Positions 9,644 through 19,482 of a stretch of DNA of 64,000 bases are shown here, piece after piece. Position numbers and translations under genes: made by a program. Position 1 is the first letter of the stretch; each line of letters starts with the position of its first letter. The notes below the pieces were generated by a model that was not told where the DNA came from, made no database searches, and worked only from the letters and a program-made list of their open reading frames with translations. The DNA lies in the IMG/VR virus record IMGVR_UViG_3300008517_000034, positions 11,936 through 75,935 of that record, one strand, 5' to 3'. Source of the DNA: a virus.

Positions 9644-12511
9644 TTAACTCCTCCCAAAAACTAATCCAGCATCTTTAGCTTTTTTATGCACAATCCACAT
9701 AATCTTGTCTCCTGCTTCGTTTATAGTAGCATCATCAAGGGTTTTAGCATTTATAATAATCGATCCCTGTCCAAAGGTAATACCACCGCCCCAAACTCCT
9801 CTGTCTGGAGCACCACCTGGTTGTCCACCAGCCCAACTTCCAACCATTCCCCCTCCAGCTAAAGCAGGACTCGGAGTAGGCAAACCCTTTTGAATCGCTT
9901 CTACTAAACCCCCAGTTACCATACCGGTTCTACGAATAAAATCTACCATTTGTTTCTTAATTAAATATTCACCTGGAGTTGCCATTATAGGAACAGTGTC
10001 AGTTCCAATTCCACCGCCAACGGCTAGATGCTTAATGGCATTTGCAAAAGTCTGAACTAATCCACCCTTCTCCATCGATACTAATGTTACGCCTGCAGCA
10101 GATTCTTCTTGGCTTAAAATGTGCTGAGATCTAAACCCAATTGTCTTTCCTTCGGCATCAACCACCTTAAATAATTTCTTTTTGGCCTCTGCAGCAGCAA
10201 GTTTTTCTGCAGCCACAGCTGTTCCTCCATAAGACTCCTTTAATTTATTAAGATTTTCAATCTCTTCATTTCGTTTTTTGATTAAATCATCTATTGCCTC
10301 TCCCGCTTCTTTACGCCGCTCAATTGCTTCATTTATACTTGCTATCTCTTTTTCACTTCTGGCAATAGCAAGCTCTAAAATTGAAGCCTTTTCTTTATCA
10401 AACGCCTCTTTAAACCTCTCGATTGCCTCAGCTTGTGCATCTGCGGACAGCATAGCTTCTTTTGCTGCTTCAATGCGTGCATCCCGTTCCTTCTCTAAAT
10501 CACGAATCCTGACCTCCGTAGCTGTATGCTCTAATTCAAATAACTTATCTTCAACTTCCTGAATATTCCTTAAATGCTCCTGACGCTCTGAAGATTCTGC
10601 AATTATATGATCAAGCATAACCTGCCGATATTCATCAATCTGCTCCATCGTCATTAAATTAGTATCCATATTAGTAAGTAAAGCAATACATTCTCGGTCT
10701 AAATCATCTATTTTTTGTTGAGTAGCTGTACGATCAACATCAGACATCCGCTGTCTTAAACCCATATATTCTTCCTGTTGCTCAGAAAGTTCTTTACCCG
10801 TAATAATAGATTTTGAAATAGCCGAATCCAAATCCTCAAAAGATTTAATCTGCCCTTCTGTAGCCTCTGTAGTCTCTGATTTCGCGCTTGCTAATTCATA
10901 CTCCATCTTAGCCAAATCTCTCTCTTTTTGTGCAACTCTTTCTAACACAGAAGCAGATAACTTATGATTATCAATCCAATACTGCATTTCTTCATCAGTT
11001 AAATTGTAAGCTTCTCGTAATTTCTCAAGTGCTATAGTCTGAGACTCAGCAGCTCCTTTAGCCATCTCTCCTATCTCTTTCCAAGATGGCCCCTCTCTAA
11101 CTTCTTTCCATGCTTTACCAATTTCTAATCCTAATTTTGTCATGCCTATAATAAACAGAGCTAATGCGGGCATCGATATGCCTATACCCGTTGCTAGTGC
11201 CGCAAATCCCTCAGAAAGTAACCCAAATAAACCAATAATCTTAGGTAAAGCAACCACCAAACCCGGGAGAGTCATTAAAAACATGCCAATAGGAACTAAG
11301 GCCATTCCCACGCCTCCACCAAGCATAGTTAAGGAAGCAGCTAATTCTTCATTTTTTGTAATCCACTCTCCCATACTTTTAACAGTTTCAATCATTCTCC
11401 TTTGAATAACGTCCATCATAGGATCAATAGCTTTTCCCAAAAGTGCTATTAAATTCTCGGTTACAGCCTTCTGCTCCTTATTAAAAGCATCACCCGTCGT
11501 AGTCCAGTCTTGGAAAGCTTGATCCGCCATGCCAGCTTTCTCAGCAACAGAAACTATAGTATCCGCTAACAAGTTCGTTCCTTCAGCAGTTAGCTTGGAT
11601 ACACCTAAAATAGCTTGCTTTCTGCCAAACAATTCACCTAATGCTTCTGAGCTACCTCCAGTCTCCACGCTAATTCTTCTCAAAACTTCCACAAAACCCA
11701 ATTCTTTAATGGCCAACTCAGCTGTGTCAAATCCCATTTTCTTAATTACTGCAGACATTGCCTCAGTGGGTTTCATTAACCCTGTTAGAACACCTTCATA
11801 CTCGGTAGCTGCCTCCGCGGTGCTTCCAGCAGTCTTTGATATAACGGCCATTGATGCACCCATCTCGTCTTGAGAAATCTTTAACTGAGCAGACATTGTA
11901 GCCAATCCACCAATGACAGGTATTAATTCTCCAACGGTTGTCTGCCCTTCTTTTTCAATAGCAAACATAAGATCAGCTGCTTCCGAAACATCCTTGATTC
12001 TTCCCTCATAACCAGCCATTACTTTTGTAAGACCCTTAACAACTTCCGATTGATTCATGTGGGCTGCTGCAGCTGTTTGGGACGAAACTGTTAAAGTATT
12101 AACTGCTTCCACGGGATCCTTAATTCCAGCTGAAACAATCTGGTAATAACCTCTTGTTAAATCGGTTAAACTACCCAAAATTGGGGGTATGGCTTTCATT
12201 CGGGTTTCTATACTCTCTATGGATTCATCGGTAATTTTACCCATGTCCACCAAAGCTGATTCATAAGTATCCCAAGCATCACCCATCTTCTTAACTGCAA
12301 AAGTAACTATGCCACCAGCAACCGTCGCAATCATCCCCGTTTTTTTAATGGTTGCCGCATTATCCGTGACCTTTTTACTAAACTTATCAAAAGAGCGCCC
12401 CATTGCTGTGGACGCTCTTTCCGCCTGAGTCTGTATTGCCTTTATATCCTGTAAGGCTTTATCTTTGGAAATCGCTACAGTCCCCATTAATTTGAAGATT
12501 TCCATTGCCAT
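9644..12511 (-). CDS. Tail tape measure protein (TP901-type core)
   Basis: 955 aa, Ala/Gly-rich helical; EGQTTVGEL core, central hydrophobic helices, coiled coil, GTDTVPIMATPGEY motif. Confidence 0.93.
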   Translation of the reverse strand: MAMEIFKLMGTVAISKDKALQDIKAIQTQAERASTAMGRSFDKFSKKVTDNAATIKKTGMIATVAGGIVTFAVKKMGDAWDTYESALVDMGKITDESIESIETRMKAIPPILGSLTDLTRGYYQIVSAGIKDPVEAVNTLTVSSQTAAAAHMNQSEVVKGLTKVMAGYEGRIKDVSEAADLMFAIEKEGQTTVGELIPVIGGLATMSAQLKISQDEMGASMAVISKTAGSTAEAATEYEGVLTGLMKPTEAMSAVIKKMGFDTAELAIKELGFVEVLRRISVETGGSSEALGELFGRKQAILGVSKLTAEGTNLLADTIVSVAEKAGMADQAFQDWTTTGDAFNKEQKAVTENLIALLGKAIDPMMDVIQRRMIETVKSMGEWITKNEELAASLTMLGGGVGMALVPIGMFLMTLPGLVVALPKIIGLFGLLSEGFAALATGIGISMPALALFIIGMTKLGLEIGKAWKEVREGPSWKEIGEMAKGAAESQTIALEKLREAYNLTDEEMQYWIDNHKLSASVLERVAQKERDLAKMEYELASAKSETTEATEGQIKSFEDLDSAISKSIITGKELSEQQEEYMGLRQRMSDVDRTATQQKIDDLDRECIALLTNMDTNLMTMEQIDEYRQVMLDHIIAESSERQEHLRNIQEVEDKLFELEHTATEVRIRDLEKERDARIEAAKEAMLSADAQAEAIERFKEAFDKEKASILELAIARSEKEIASINEAIERRKEAGEAIDDLIKKRNEEIENLNKLKESYGGTAVAAEKLAAAEAKKKLFKVVDAEGKTIGFRSQHILSQEESAAGVTLVSMEKGGLVQTFANAIKHLAVGGGIGTDTVPIMATPGEYLIKKQMVDFIRRTGMVTGGLVEAIQKGLPTPSPALAGGGMVGSWAGGQPGGAPDRGVWGGGITFGQGSIIINAKTLDDATINEAGDKIMWIVHKKAKDAGLVFGRS

Positions 12512-12517
12512 TCTCTA

Positions 12518-12858
12518 TCAACTCCTAAGTTTCTTATCCATCTCCACTATTCTTTCGGCTATCTGTAAGGCTTTCTTTTTCATTGATTCTAGGTCTTCAA
12601 CTTTCTCTTCTCCTTCAGTCAGGCCCAGGCCCCTTAACCATTCTTGAAAAGTCATTCTGTGTTCTCTAATAGCAATCGGTTGCAATAGATATATCAACCA
12701 TCCCAGATAGGCCTGCTCCCTCATTCTCATTCTGAGTTCTTCTACCTTCTGGCTAGAAGCAACTCTAACTAATTGCATAAACCGAGCATACGGTATATTG
12801 TATTTTATTTCTTCGTCAGTCCAACCATACCGTTCTTGGATGAGGTCGAGGTTTTTTT
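12518..12858 (-). CDS. Tail assembly chaperone gpGT-like extension, reached by -1 frameshift
   Basis: The -1 frame from the A7 run reads NLDLIQERYGWTDEEIKYNIPYARF and joins the 12518..12778 ORF in frame. Confidence 0.8.
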
Positions 12859-13296
12859 CAAAAACTCCTTCAATATCGGCATCTCCAGTAGCCCGGTTAA
12901 TCTGGTAAAAAAAGCCTTCACGTCTATGTGTTCGACTAAGGCCTTGATTATGTCTACTTCAGACCCCATCGGAAATATATCGGGGTTCCTTATATCTTCC
13001 GGTTTAACTCCCAGCACATCAGCAAATAAATTTAATATTTGTTGGTCTGCATAGGGAAATCCAACGATCAATAGCCCAATAGCGGCCTCTGCAGTCATCT
13101 CTAAGTTGCTGATTTCTTTTCCTATCCCTGCCGCACCAATAGCTATAATCCGAGCCAACTTAAAGGTATCGGCCATTCCCAGACGCCTCATCTTATATTC
13201 TTTGCCCTTGATAGTAACAATAGGTGTGTCTCCGATGAGTGGTTCTATTTCCTTCTCGAACGTCTTCTTATCTTTTTTTTCTTCAACCATTACCAA
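12805..13296 (-). CDS. Tail assembly chaperone (gpG-like)
   Basis: Between tail tube and tape measure; slippery TTG AAA AAA ACC near its 3' end. Confidence 0.85.
   Translation of the reverse strand: MVMVEEKKDKKTFEKEIEPLIGDTPIVTIKGKEYKMRRLGMADTFKLARIIAIGAAGIGKEISNLEMTAEAAIGLLIVGFPYADQQILNLFADVLGVKPEDIRNPDIFPMGSEVDIIKALVEHIDVKAFFTRLTGLLEMPILKEFLKKTSTSSKNGMVGLTKK
12852..12865 (-). promoter_or_regulatory. Programmed -1 frameshift slippery site
   Basis: Minus strand GTTTTTGAAAAAAA at the canonical G/GT position. Confidence 0.75.
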
Positions 13297-13323
13297 TCTC
13301 CTTAGCTAATTTTTAAATTAAGA

Positions 13324-14595
13324 CTATGCCCGCGGATATCGTATATCCCAAGGTTCAGTATCTGGGTCAGCGGGGTTATAATGACCCGTAAACACTATCA
13401 CTGGCACCGCTTCATCTCTCGGTGCTGTTGATAATGAAAATCCAGTATCTGCAAGAGCGTTTTTCACCATGCAAATTACATCATCCCCCTTGCCAGAAAT
13501 AGTTCCAACCAGAGCTACATTTTCAATGTAATCCTCGTCACCAATATCTCCACCAGTAATAGTATCGTGAGTCGCGGGGTCTCCGGTTTCGTAAGTATAG
13601 CTGACAGTTAGCATTTCCGCTGTAGCATTCGGTGCTGTGGGAACATCTTCCAGATTAAAGGTAATTACTCCAGTTGAATTAACAATCGTATAATCCCCCG
13701 AAAACTGAACAAATCCCAAAGTGTCAATCCATAATTCATCGTTCTGCGTCGGAGCAGAAGCACAATCAATAGTTATAGTTGAATCGGTTCCGGTTGCTGT
13801 AAAATCAAAAACCGTCATGACAAACTCTGTAGTTAAATCTGGTAGTTCTTTACTTTGCCCATCACACTTTATGGTTACTTTTCCACCATCCCAGTCAGTC
13901 CCTTTCTTAGCGTAAATTGTGATTCTATATTTCTTCCCTACTTCAAGATTAGTTAAGACAGTTCCTAAAGCATCATCCAATTTTAAAAGGTTGACTGAAG
14001 GAGAAGCACCTACTACATATTTACCACCATTACCAGCCTGTCCACCAGTTTCACTAGTCAATGTTCCACCAGTCAGAGCGTCCCAATCACCAATATCGGT
14101 GGTGAAATCCTTGTTATTAGTGGCATTATTACCAACGAACAGCGATTCACTTTTTGTTCCTCGTTCCTTCAAAACCCCATCAATATAAACTTTCTCTGAT
14201 TTTGCGACTACTGGATAATGAGCTACAGTAAATTCATCAATTGCTTCTGAACCTACCCCTAAGTATTCAGCATCTACTACTGCCGTCGCTTTAGTTTCTG
14301 CTGAATTTGCACCCGCAATAGCCTTTAGCAAATTATCAAGGGATAATTCAATAAGGTTACAAGTAATCTGTGGACGACAAACCGTTCTTCTTCTTAATCC
14401 CTTTACCGAACCTCTAACACCATCTACCTCGATATCTCGAATCTCTCTATTCAGATTGAATTCATTTCCACCACGAGTGGCACCAAGTAGCCTCTCGCTT
14501 GGCAAACCATAATTCAAATAAACCGCTCCGGCATCGACAAAGATTCTTTTCGGAGTATCGGCATTTAATCCACTCTTAATTCCCATTTTTATCAC
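13324..14595 (-). CDS. Major tail tube protein with inserted carbohydrate-binding-like domain
   Basis: N-terminal DAGAVY...LGATRGG and C-terminal VKNAL...FTGHY tube motifs flank a ~250-aa insertion. Confidence 0.85.
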   Translation of the reverse strand: MIKMGIKSGLNADTPKRIFVDAGAVYLNYGLPSERLLGATRGGNEFNLNREIRDIEVDGVRGSVKGLRRRTVCRPQITCNLIELSLDNLLKAIAGANSAETKATAVVDAEYLGVGSEAIDEFTVAHYPVVAKSEKVYIDGVLKERGTKSESLFVGNNATNNKDFTTDIGDWDALTGGTLTSETGGQAGNGGKYVVGASPSVNLLKLDDALGTVLTNLEVGKKYRITIYAKKGTDWDGGKVTIKCDGQSKELPDLTTEFVMTVFDFTATGTDSTITIDCASAPTQNDELWIDTLGFVQFSGDYTIVNSTGVITFNLEDVPTAPNATAEMLTVSYTYETGDPATHDTITGGDIGDEDYIENVALVGTISGKGDDVICMVKNALADTGFSLSTAPRDEAVPVIVFTGHYNPADPDTEPWDIRYPRA

Positions 14596-14607
14596 CTCGT
14601 TTCTTTT

Positions 14608-15042
14608 TTAAACATTTATATTTGATTTCCTAATATATTTCACTGTATATAAAATAACTAAGTGTTGAATAAATTCTTCCTCTTCCTCAATCATGTCACT
14701 ACTATCGAAAAATACTCTCACCCCTTTCGCTTCCTCTCCTGAAATGGGAAACTCATGTAAGTCCATTAGCCAAATTAGCCTATTCCTCATATTGTTAACT
14801 CGGGTCATTAAATTGCTTTTATCCCACAAATGGGTCTCCAGAGTCCCCGTTCCTAACAAGGGCATGAGTGGATCCACAAAAGGCCTGATTCCAAAAGTTA
14901 TATAAGGAAACACATCTGACCTTAAGGCTCGTCCAACTCTGATATTCTTGTTTCCCATAATTCCCACTAAATTACCTTCTAAAGTATCGTCAGCCCTTAG
15001 ATAATCGAATATTTCTTTATTTATCGCTGCAATTACATCCAT
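14608..15042 (-). CDS. Tail terminator/completion protein
   Basis: FPYITFG motif; precedes tail tube gene. Confidence 0.7.
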   Translation of the reverse strand: MDVIAAINKEIFDYLRADDTLEGNLVGIMGNKNIRVGRALRSDVFPYITFGIRPFVDPLMPLLGTGTLETHLWDKSNLMTRVNNMRNRLIWLMDLHEFPISGEEAKGVRVFFDSSDMIEEEEEFIQHLVILYTVKYIRKSNINV

Positions 15043-15043
15043 T

Positions 15044-15478
15044 CTAAAACCACTCTTCCTCGAGAAATTTCTTAATCATTTCTCTCGATTGTTCCAATGT
15101 TACTCCCAGCCAGGGTCTTGCAGCCACATGTTCTGTTCCAAATTCCAATCCTTTCCCATATTCACCTATTTTTCCTCCCGTGCCTACATGCATCAGAAAG
15201 ATATTTCCTGCTTCGGTTACTATAAAGAAAATTGAGCCGTGAAGCCCGCCATGCCAGATAACCGGTGGCTTTCCGGGAGCACTGGCTATGTGAACTCTGC
15301 CCCTTGGAGTTACATATTTTTTTCCAGTCCCTAATTGGGATATTACCTCTCTAATTTCTCTAACTAAAAGATCCCCTAGATCATTAAGTCGGTCATTAGA
15401 AACCCGATTTATGGCATCGCTAACTTCTTTACCTTTCCAGATTAATTTAAAATCATTCTTTCCTTTCAAATAAATCAA
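15044..15478 (-). CDS. HK97 gp10-like neck/tail completion protein
   Basis: HIASAPGKPP and LEFGT...ARPWL motifs. Confidence 0.8.
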   Translation of the reverse strand: MIYLKGKNDFKLIWKGKEVSDAINRVSNDRLNDLGDLLVREIREVISQLGTGKKYVTPRGRVHIASAPGKPPVIWHGGLHGSIFFIVTEAGNIFLMHVGTGGKIGEYGKGLEFGTEHVAARPWLGVTLEQSREMIKKFLEEEWF

Positions 15479-15776
15479 CTACCATTATCTTATTTTTTAA
15501 TAGCTTGGGATCGACATATTTAACGTCAAAGATTCTGCTCGTTCCCTTTAGCTTCACTCGGTGCTCTTCGGTAATATTCGGGTGTTCAGTATAAAGACGG
15601 TAATCGGCTATCACTCCGGTCTTATCGTAAGAGACGCCTTCCCTCCCCCTTAAAGAATCAATTACTCCTCCAAACTCATCGGTCTCAGTCCAGGTAATTG
15701 CCTGCCCTTCGGCTGTAACCTCTCCTTTAGTTCTTTCTATCAGAATAAATCTCTTCCGGGGTCCAATGATCCTCAT
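15453..15776 (-). CDS. Head closure (stopper) protein
   Basis: 107 aa beta-rich, between adaptor and gp10-like gene. Confidence 0.7.
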   Translation of the reverse strand: MRIIGPRKRFILIERTKGEVTAEGQAITWTETDEFGGVIDSLRGREGVSYDKTGVIADYRLYTEHPNITEEHRVKLKGTSRIFDVKYVDPKLLKNKIMVVDLFERKE

Positions 15777-15788
15777 TTCTAATCCTCA

Positions 15789-16955
15789 CTAAGCTATTAA
15801 TATTGGTTTTCGATTAACATACCGTTTTAGGTATCTATCGCATTCGATAATTCCACTCAAGTATTCTTCTCCTCCCCGGTCATAGGAATAGACCCGGCCC
15901 ATCGATTCCTTTTCAAATTCATAATGTTCATATAATGTCGGGTCATTCTCATCCCTAGCCAAGATTATGCAGGCATTTTTAATCGCCTGAGGACACGTAT
16001 AGTGGCCTATAGTCCCTTTAATTTCTATATTCCTCTGGCCTTTGGGGAAATAACCATTAAGAAAAAATTCCGACGGCTCCATAAGTGTTCCCGGTTCGTG
16101 TGTAATGCCTTGTGCATTGCGATAAATACAGTCATCATCGAAGTCCCAGTTGGTTATAATCGATACAATATCCGCTTCTTCTGCTGGTGTGGTCACTAAA
16201 GTCATTTTTAGTGGCTGCTCTAAAGTAAAGACAGATTTCCCATCCTCATCAGTTGCGGTATTTCCTAAAATCCTGCTGCCCCATAGATTGTCTACTCGTT
16301 CTGAGTCGTCTTTGATTCCCAAATAATTGTTTTTATAATAATCTTTAGTGGCAGAAATGGTTAGGGTAATAGTATATTCTCCAGCTGTCCCGGATGTATC
16401 CGTTCCAGTCTTATCTATAGTAGAAATTTCGACCTCACTGATAGCCATATAGTTAATCGATAATATTTTTTGCCTGATGGAAAGAAATAGCCTATCCTTG
16501 CCGTTGCCATCTAAAAAGTCCTGGAAAGTCTTGGGATAAAAATAGTCCTTGGTTATTCGCTCCACCTGGGCTTCTACTCGATCTATAACAGCCTGCCTAT
16601 CGGCCAGAGTTACTCCTTCACCCACATCTATAGTGTGGGTTCCTACTCCCTGTGAAGTTATATCAATAGGAACGGGAGGGTCAGCAGCAGCATTAACTGA
16701 AGAACTTGCGACCTGAATAATAGTAGTGCTAATTTTAATCGCATAATAAATTACACCTGATTCAAGTCCCCCTGGTAATACCCCGGTAGAACTGAACCTT
16801 ATCTTTGAACCAGTAGGGATATCTATGCCCACCGTGATTTTATTATCCGTAATATTTACCTTATCAGTAGCAAAATCGGCAGTAGCACTAATTGCTGGCC
16901 CCCAGTTGTCTATATCATCTTCGGTTATATAATTGCCCGTAGCTTTTTCTGTCAT
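15789..16955 (-). CDS. Head-tail adaptor with two inserted beta domains
   Basis: NYIT, LDGNG, FPKGQRNI...G...PQAIKNAC adaptor motifs; unusually long at 388 aa. Confidence 0.75.
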   Translation of the reverse strand: MTEKATGNYITEDDIDNWGPAISATADFATDKVNITDNKITVGIDIPTGSKIRFSSTGVLPGGLESGVIYYAIKISTTIIQVASSSVNAAADPPVPIDITSQGVGTHTIDVGEGVTLADRQAVIDRVEAQVERITKDYFYPKTFQDFLDGNGKDRLFLSIRQKILSINYMAISEVEISTIDKTGTDTSGTAGEYTITLTISATKDYYKNNYLGIKDDSERVDNLWGSRILGNTATDEDGKSVFTLEQPLKMTLVTTPAEEADIVSIITNWDFDDDCIYRNAQGITHEPGTLMEPSEFFLNGYFPKGQRNIEIKGTIGHYTCPQAIKNACIILARDENDPTLYEHYEFEKESMGRVYSYDRGGEEYLSGIIECDRYLKRYVNRKPILIA

Positions 16956-17000
16956 TTATATCACTCGCAATTTTTATTTTTTCTACTATAAAAACTTTGA

Positions 17001-17024
17001 AGGGGTTGTATCTTAACAACCCCT
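17001..17024 (-). terminator. Hairpin, probable terminator after head genes
   Basis: Perfect 9-bp stem AGGGGTTGT/ACAACCCCT with A/T-rich flanks. Confidence 0.5.
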
Positions 17025-17047
17025 AAAAAGTCTTTTCGATTTTTAAC

Positions 17048-17917
17048 TTATGGGCTAATCTGTAACATAATCAAAGGTGGTCCGGAAACAGTATCGGTTT
17101 GTCTATTTATAATAAACCCAGCACATTGATATTCATCAGTAACGCCAGCACCGTAACCCTTAGCTGCAAATCTATAAGCAACTGCTCCTTCATGGTCAAA
17201 GACTACTTCTCGGTTATCATTAGCAGGATTACTACCAACATCACCATACGGATTTATCCAAATCGGTCCCCAGGTCTGAATCCAAAGATACCTGTTTGCA
17301 GCAGCAGTAATAACATTCGGCATTCCAGCCACAGATGAAAAAGCACCAGCCGGATGTCCTCCCCCCAAATAGAAGCAATGTACGCTTGAATATGGATTCG
17401 GATAAACTTCAACGTATGTGCCAAGAGCAACATCCGCTGTCAATGGATCACGAAGATAAATTGTAATATTACCATCACTAGCAATAGTATTACCACTGAT
17501 AACTCGTTGCTGTTCAAGACCATCAGCAACATGAATTATTAAAGTTCCTCCAAGAAGTTCATCTTTAGCAAAATCACCAGCGATGAAAATGCTCGTATCG
17601 CCTTTCACTTGCTTTTGAACCAAAGTAGATTCAATCCCATCACTTGATAGCGCCCAAAACTTTACACCGAATTTACAAGATGTAATAATGTTTGTTGCTT
17701 TGGCATACCGATATACCTGGCCACCCGGAGAGACTCGACGACTACCTATCAGATAATTTTGAGTGTCACTTACTTCATAAAGACCCTGTTCTGGCCTACC
17801 TGGAAGCAATCCCCCATAAATTATGTCGCAGTCAATGCCATGTTTGAAAGCCTCCTGGATTATCCTGCTCCAGTCCTGGCCTATATCTCTATCTATCGCA
17901 CTTAAATCCCTTCTCAT
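17048..17917 (-). CDS. Probable capsid decoration/cement protein
   Basis: Follows the capsid gene; GQVYRYAKA and YLWIQTWGP motifs. Confidence 0.55.
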   Translation of the reverse strand: MRRDLSAIDRDIGQDWSRIIQEAFKHGIDCDIIYGGLLPGRPEQGLYEVSDTQNYLIGSRRVSPGGQVYRYAKATNIITSCKFGVKFWALSSDGIESTLVQKQVKGDTSIFIAGDFAKDELLGGTLIIHVADGLEQQRVISGNTIASDGNITIYLRDPLTADVALGTYVEVYPNPYSSVHCFYLGGGHPAGAFSSVAGMPNVITAAANRYLWIQTWGPIWINPYGDVGSNPANDNREVVFDHEGAVAYRFAAKGYGAGVTDEYQCAGFIINRQTDTVSGPPLIMLQISP

Positions 17918-17918
17918 T

Positions 17919-18135
17919 TTATTTCACCTCACTTAACCTATTAATTAATTCTTTCTTCTTAATATGTTTATCAAATTCGATTCCTTTCTCCTTAGCTATT
18001 TTTTAGCTTGAAGAAATTCATCTCCTTATATTCTGATAGGTCTTTAACTACACTTATAAAAGGGCAGTTTACTTGCATCCTCAGCAAAGTTAGGGATCAC
18101 TTAGAACCTGCCCGGTTGATTATCTTAAATCGCAT
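17919..18135 (-). pseudogene. Disrupted small head-associated gene with Rho-N/HeH-like C-terminus
   Basis: MRFKIINRAGSK-stop, then YKEMNFFKLK / IAKEKGIEFDKHIKKKELINRL split by a frameshift in an A6 run near 18000. Confidence 0.55.
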
Positions 18136-18152
18136 GACTATTCTCTTCTATC

Positions 18153-19451
18153 TTAGCCATGAATAACGTTTACCAAGATTACGGCTGCCTCTGGGTTTTC
18201 CACTGCTATGTCTATCTTCAGGTTGTAGAAAACATATTGGGCCTGGTCTTCTGGTGCACGCTTGCTCTCTAAGGTCAGCTCCTTCTGGATGCCGATGATG
18301 AAATTGCTCTTAGGAGTTAAAATAACATCGCCACATACATTCCCACCTAATTTACCGTCTGCGGTGGTAGTATCTACTGTTTCACTGACAGTTATGGTAG
18401 TGGTAGTGTCCGCATAGGCTGAGCTTACAACGGTATAAACTCCATTATTTTTTGCGCTTCCCGAAACTATTATCTTTAAACCTGCAGTAAATTCCGCTGT
18501 AAAGTCACCGGCTATATCAAAGGTCGATGCAGTAACAGCTATAATATTATGTAGTGTTCCGGTCACATCGTAATCTTCCTTCCCGTTAAGGGTTCCTTCA
18601 ACTACCTCGTAAGTTACAGGCATAAGAGGAACTGACGCAATAGGAACAGTTCTATAAGGTAGATCTTCTTCGCCTAAGAGAGCCTTGTCTCCTAAGATAG
18701 TTGCTCGATTAGCTAAGGCCTCGGCATAATCATTGGGAATGATATCGTTGCAGAAGAATCTTAGGTTTTTCAGTCCCACTAATTTATACTTGGAAGGCAT
18801 AACCGCCAGCATCTTGGCAAACTTAAATTCCCAGTCCGTGGTTGTCCCGATTTTTTCGGCTATCTTACCAGCTGTTGAAAAGTCATTTTCATGCCCAGCT
18901 AAGGTATTGGAAGCATCCAGAAGAGTTGCTGCTTTCGGGAAAACCCCAGTCTTGGCTTGTTCGACTAAAAGTTTGTATCTAAAACCTTTCCACAGGCTTC
19001 TTATATCCGTATCGGCAAATCCATCATGGGAGCAGTAGGCCGCCTCATCTATCTCGTTGGCTACCTTCTTGGCTATTATCTTCATCAGGTGATCCGCAAA
19101 GGCCTGTCCCTCGATGCCTTCTTCCAGGTCGTCATCATAAACGACTACCGCACCCCGCACTTTCTGTGCATGTAAGGTAACCTTGCCTTCTGCAAACTCT
19201 TTTAGGTAGTCTGAAGCAGCAAATTTATTTGCCGGTTTTAAGAACCTGGTTCCAGCCTTAAACCCCAGATACCTTAAGTTCTTCTCGACCTTTTCCATTT
19301 TCACTATCCGGGCATTGTTCTTCCAGAAGGATTCATCCACTACGTAATCGATAAATTTATCGGCCTCTTCTGGAAGCAATTCGATATCCGGTAAAGCCTT
19401 CATGGCTTTCATAAAGTTCTTCTTATTCAGTAATGCTTTATTAGTTATCAT
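18153..19451 (-). CDS. Major capsid protein (HK97 fold, XkdG-like) with inserted beta domain
   Basis: LLPEEADKFIDYVVDES, DDLEEGIEG and ILTPKSNFIIG motifs; position. Confidence 0.9.
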   Translation of the reverse strand: MITNKALLNKKNFMKAMKALPDIELLPEEADKFIDYVVDESFWKNNARIVKMEKVEKNLRYLGFKAGTRFLKPANKFAASDYLKEFAEGKVTLHAQKVRGAVVVYDDDLEEGIEGQAFADHLMKIIAKKVANEIDEAAYCSHDGFADTDIRSLWKGFRYKLLVEQAKTGVFPKAATLLDASNTLAGHENDFSTAGKIAEKIGTTTDWEFKFAKMLAVMPSKYKLVGLKNLRFFCNDIIPNDYAEALANRATILGDKALLGEEDLPYRTVPIASVPLMPVTYEVVEGTLNGKEDYDVTGTLHNIIAVTASTFDIAGDFTAEFTAGLKIIVSGSAKNNGVYTVVSSAYADTTTTITVSETVDTTTADGKLGGNVCGDVILTPKSNFIIGIQKELTLESKRAPEDQAQYVFYNLKIDIAVENPEAAVILVNVIHG

Positions 19452-19482
19452 TTTTTTTCACCTCAATTCTCTATCGTCGAAA

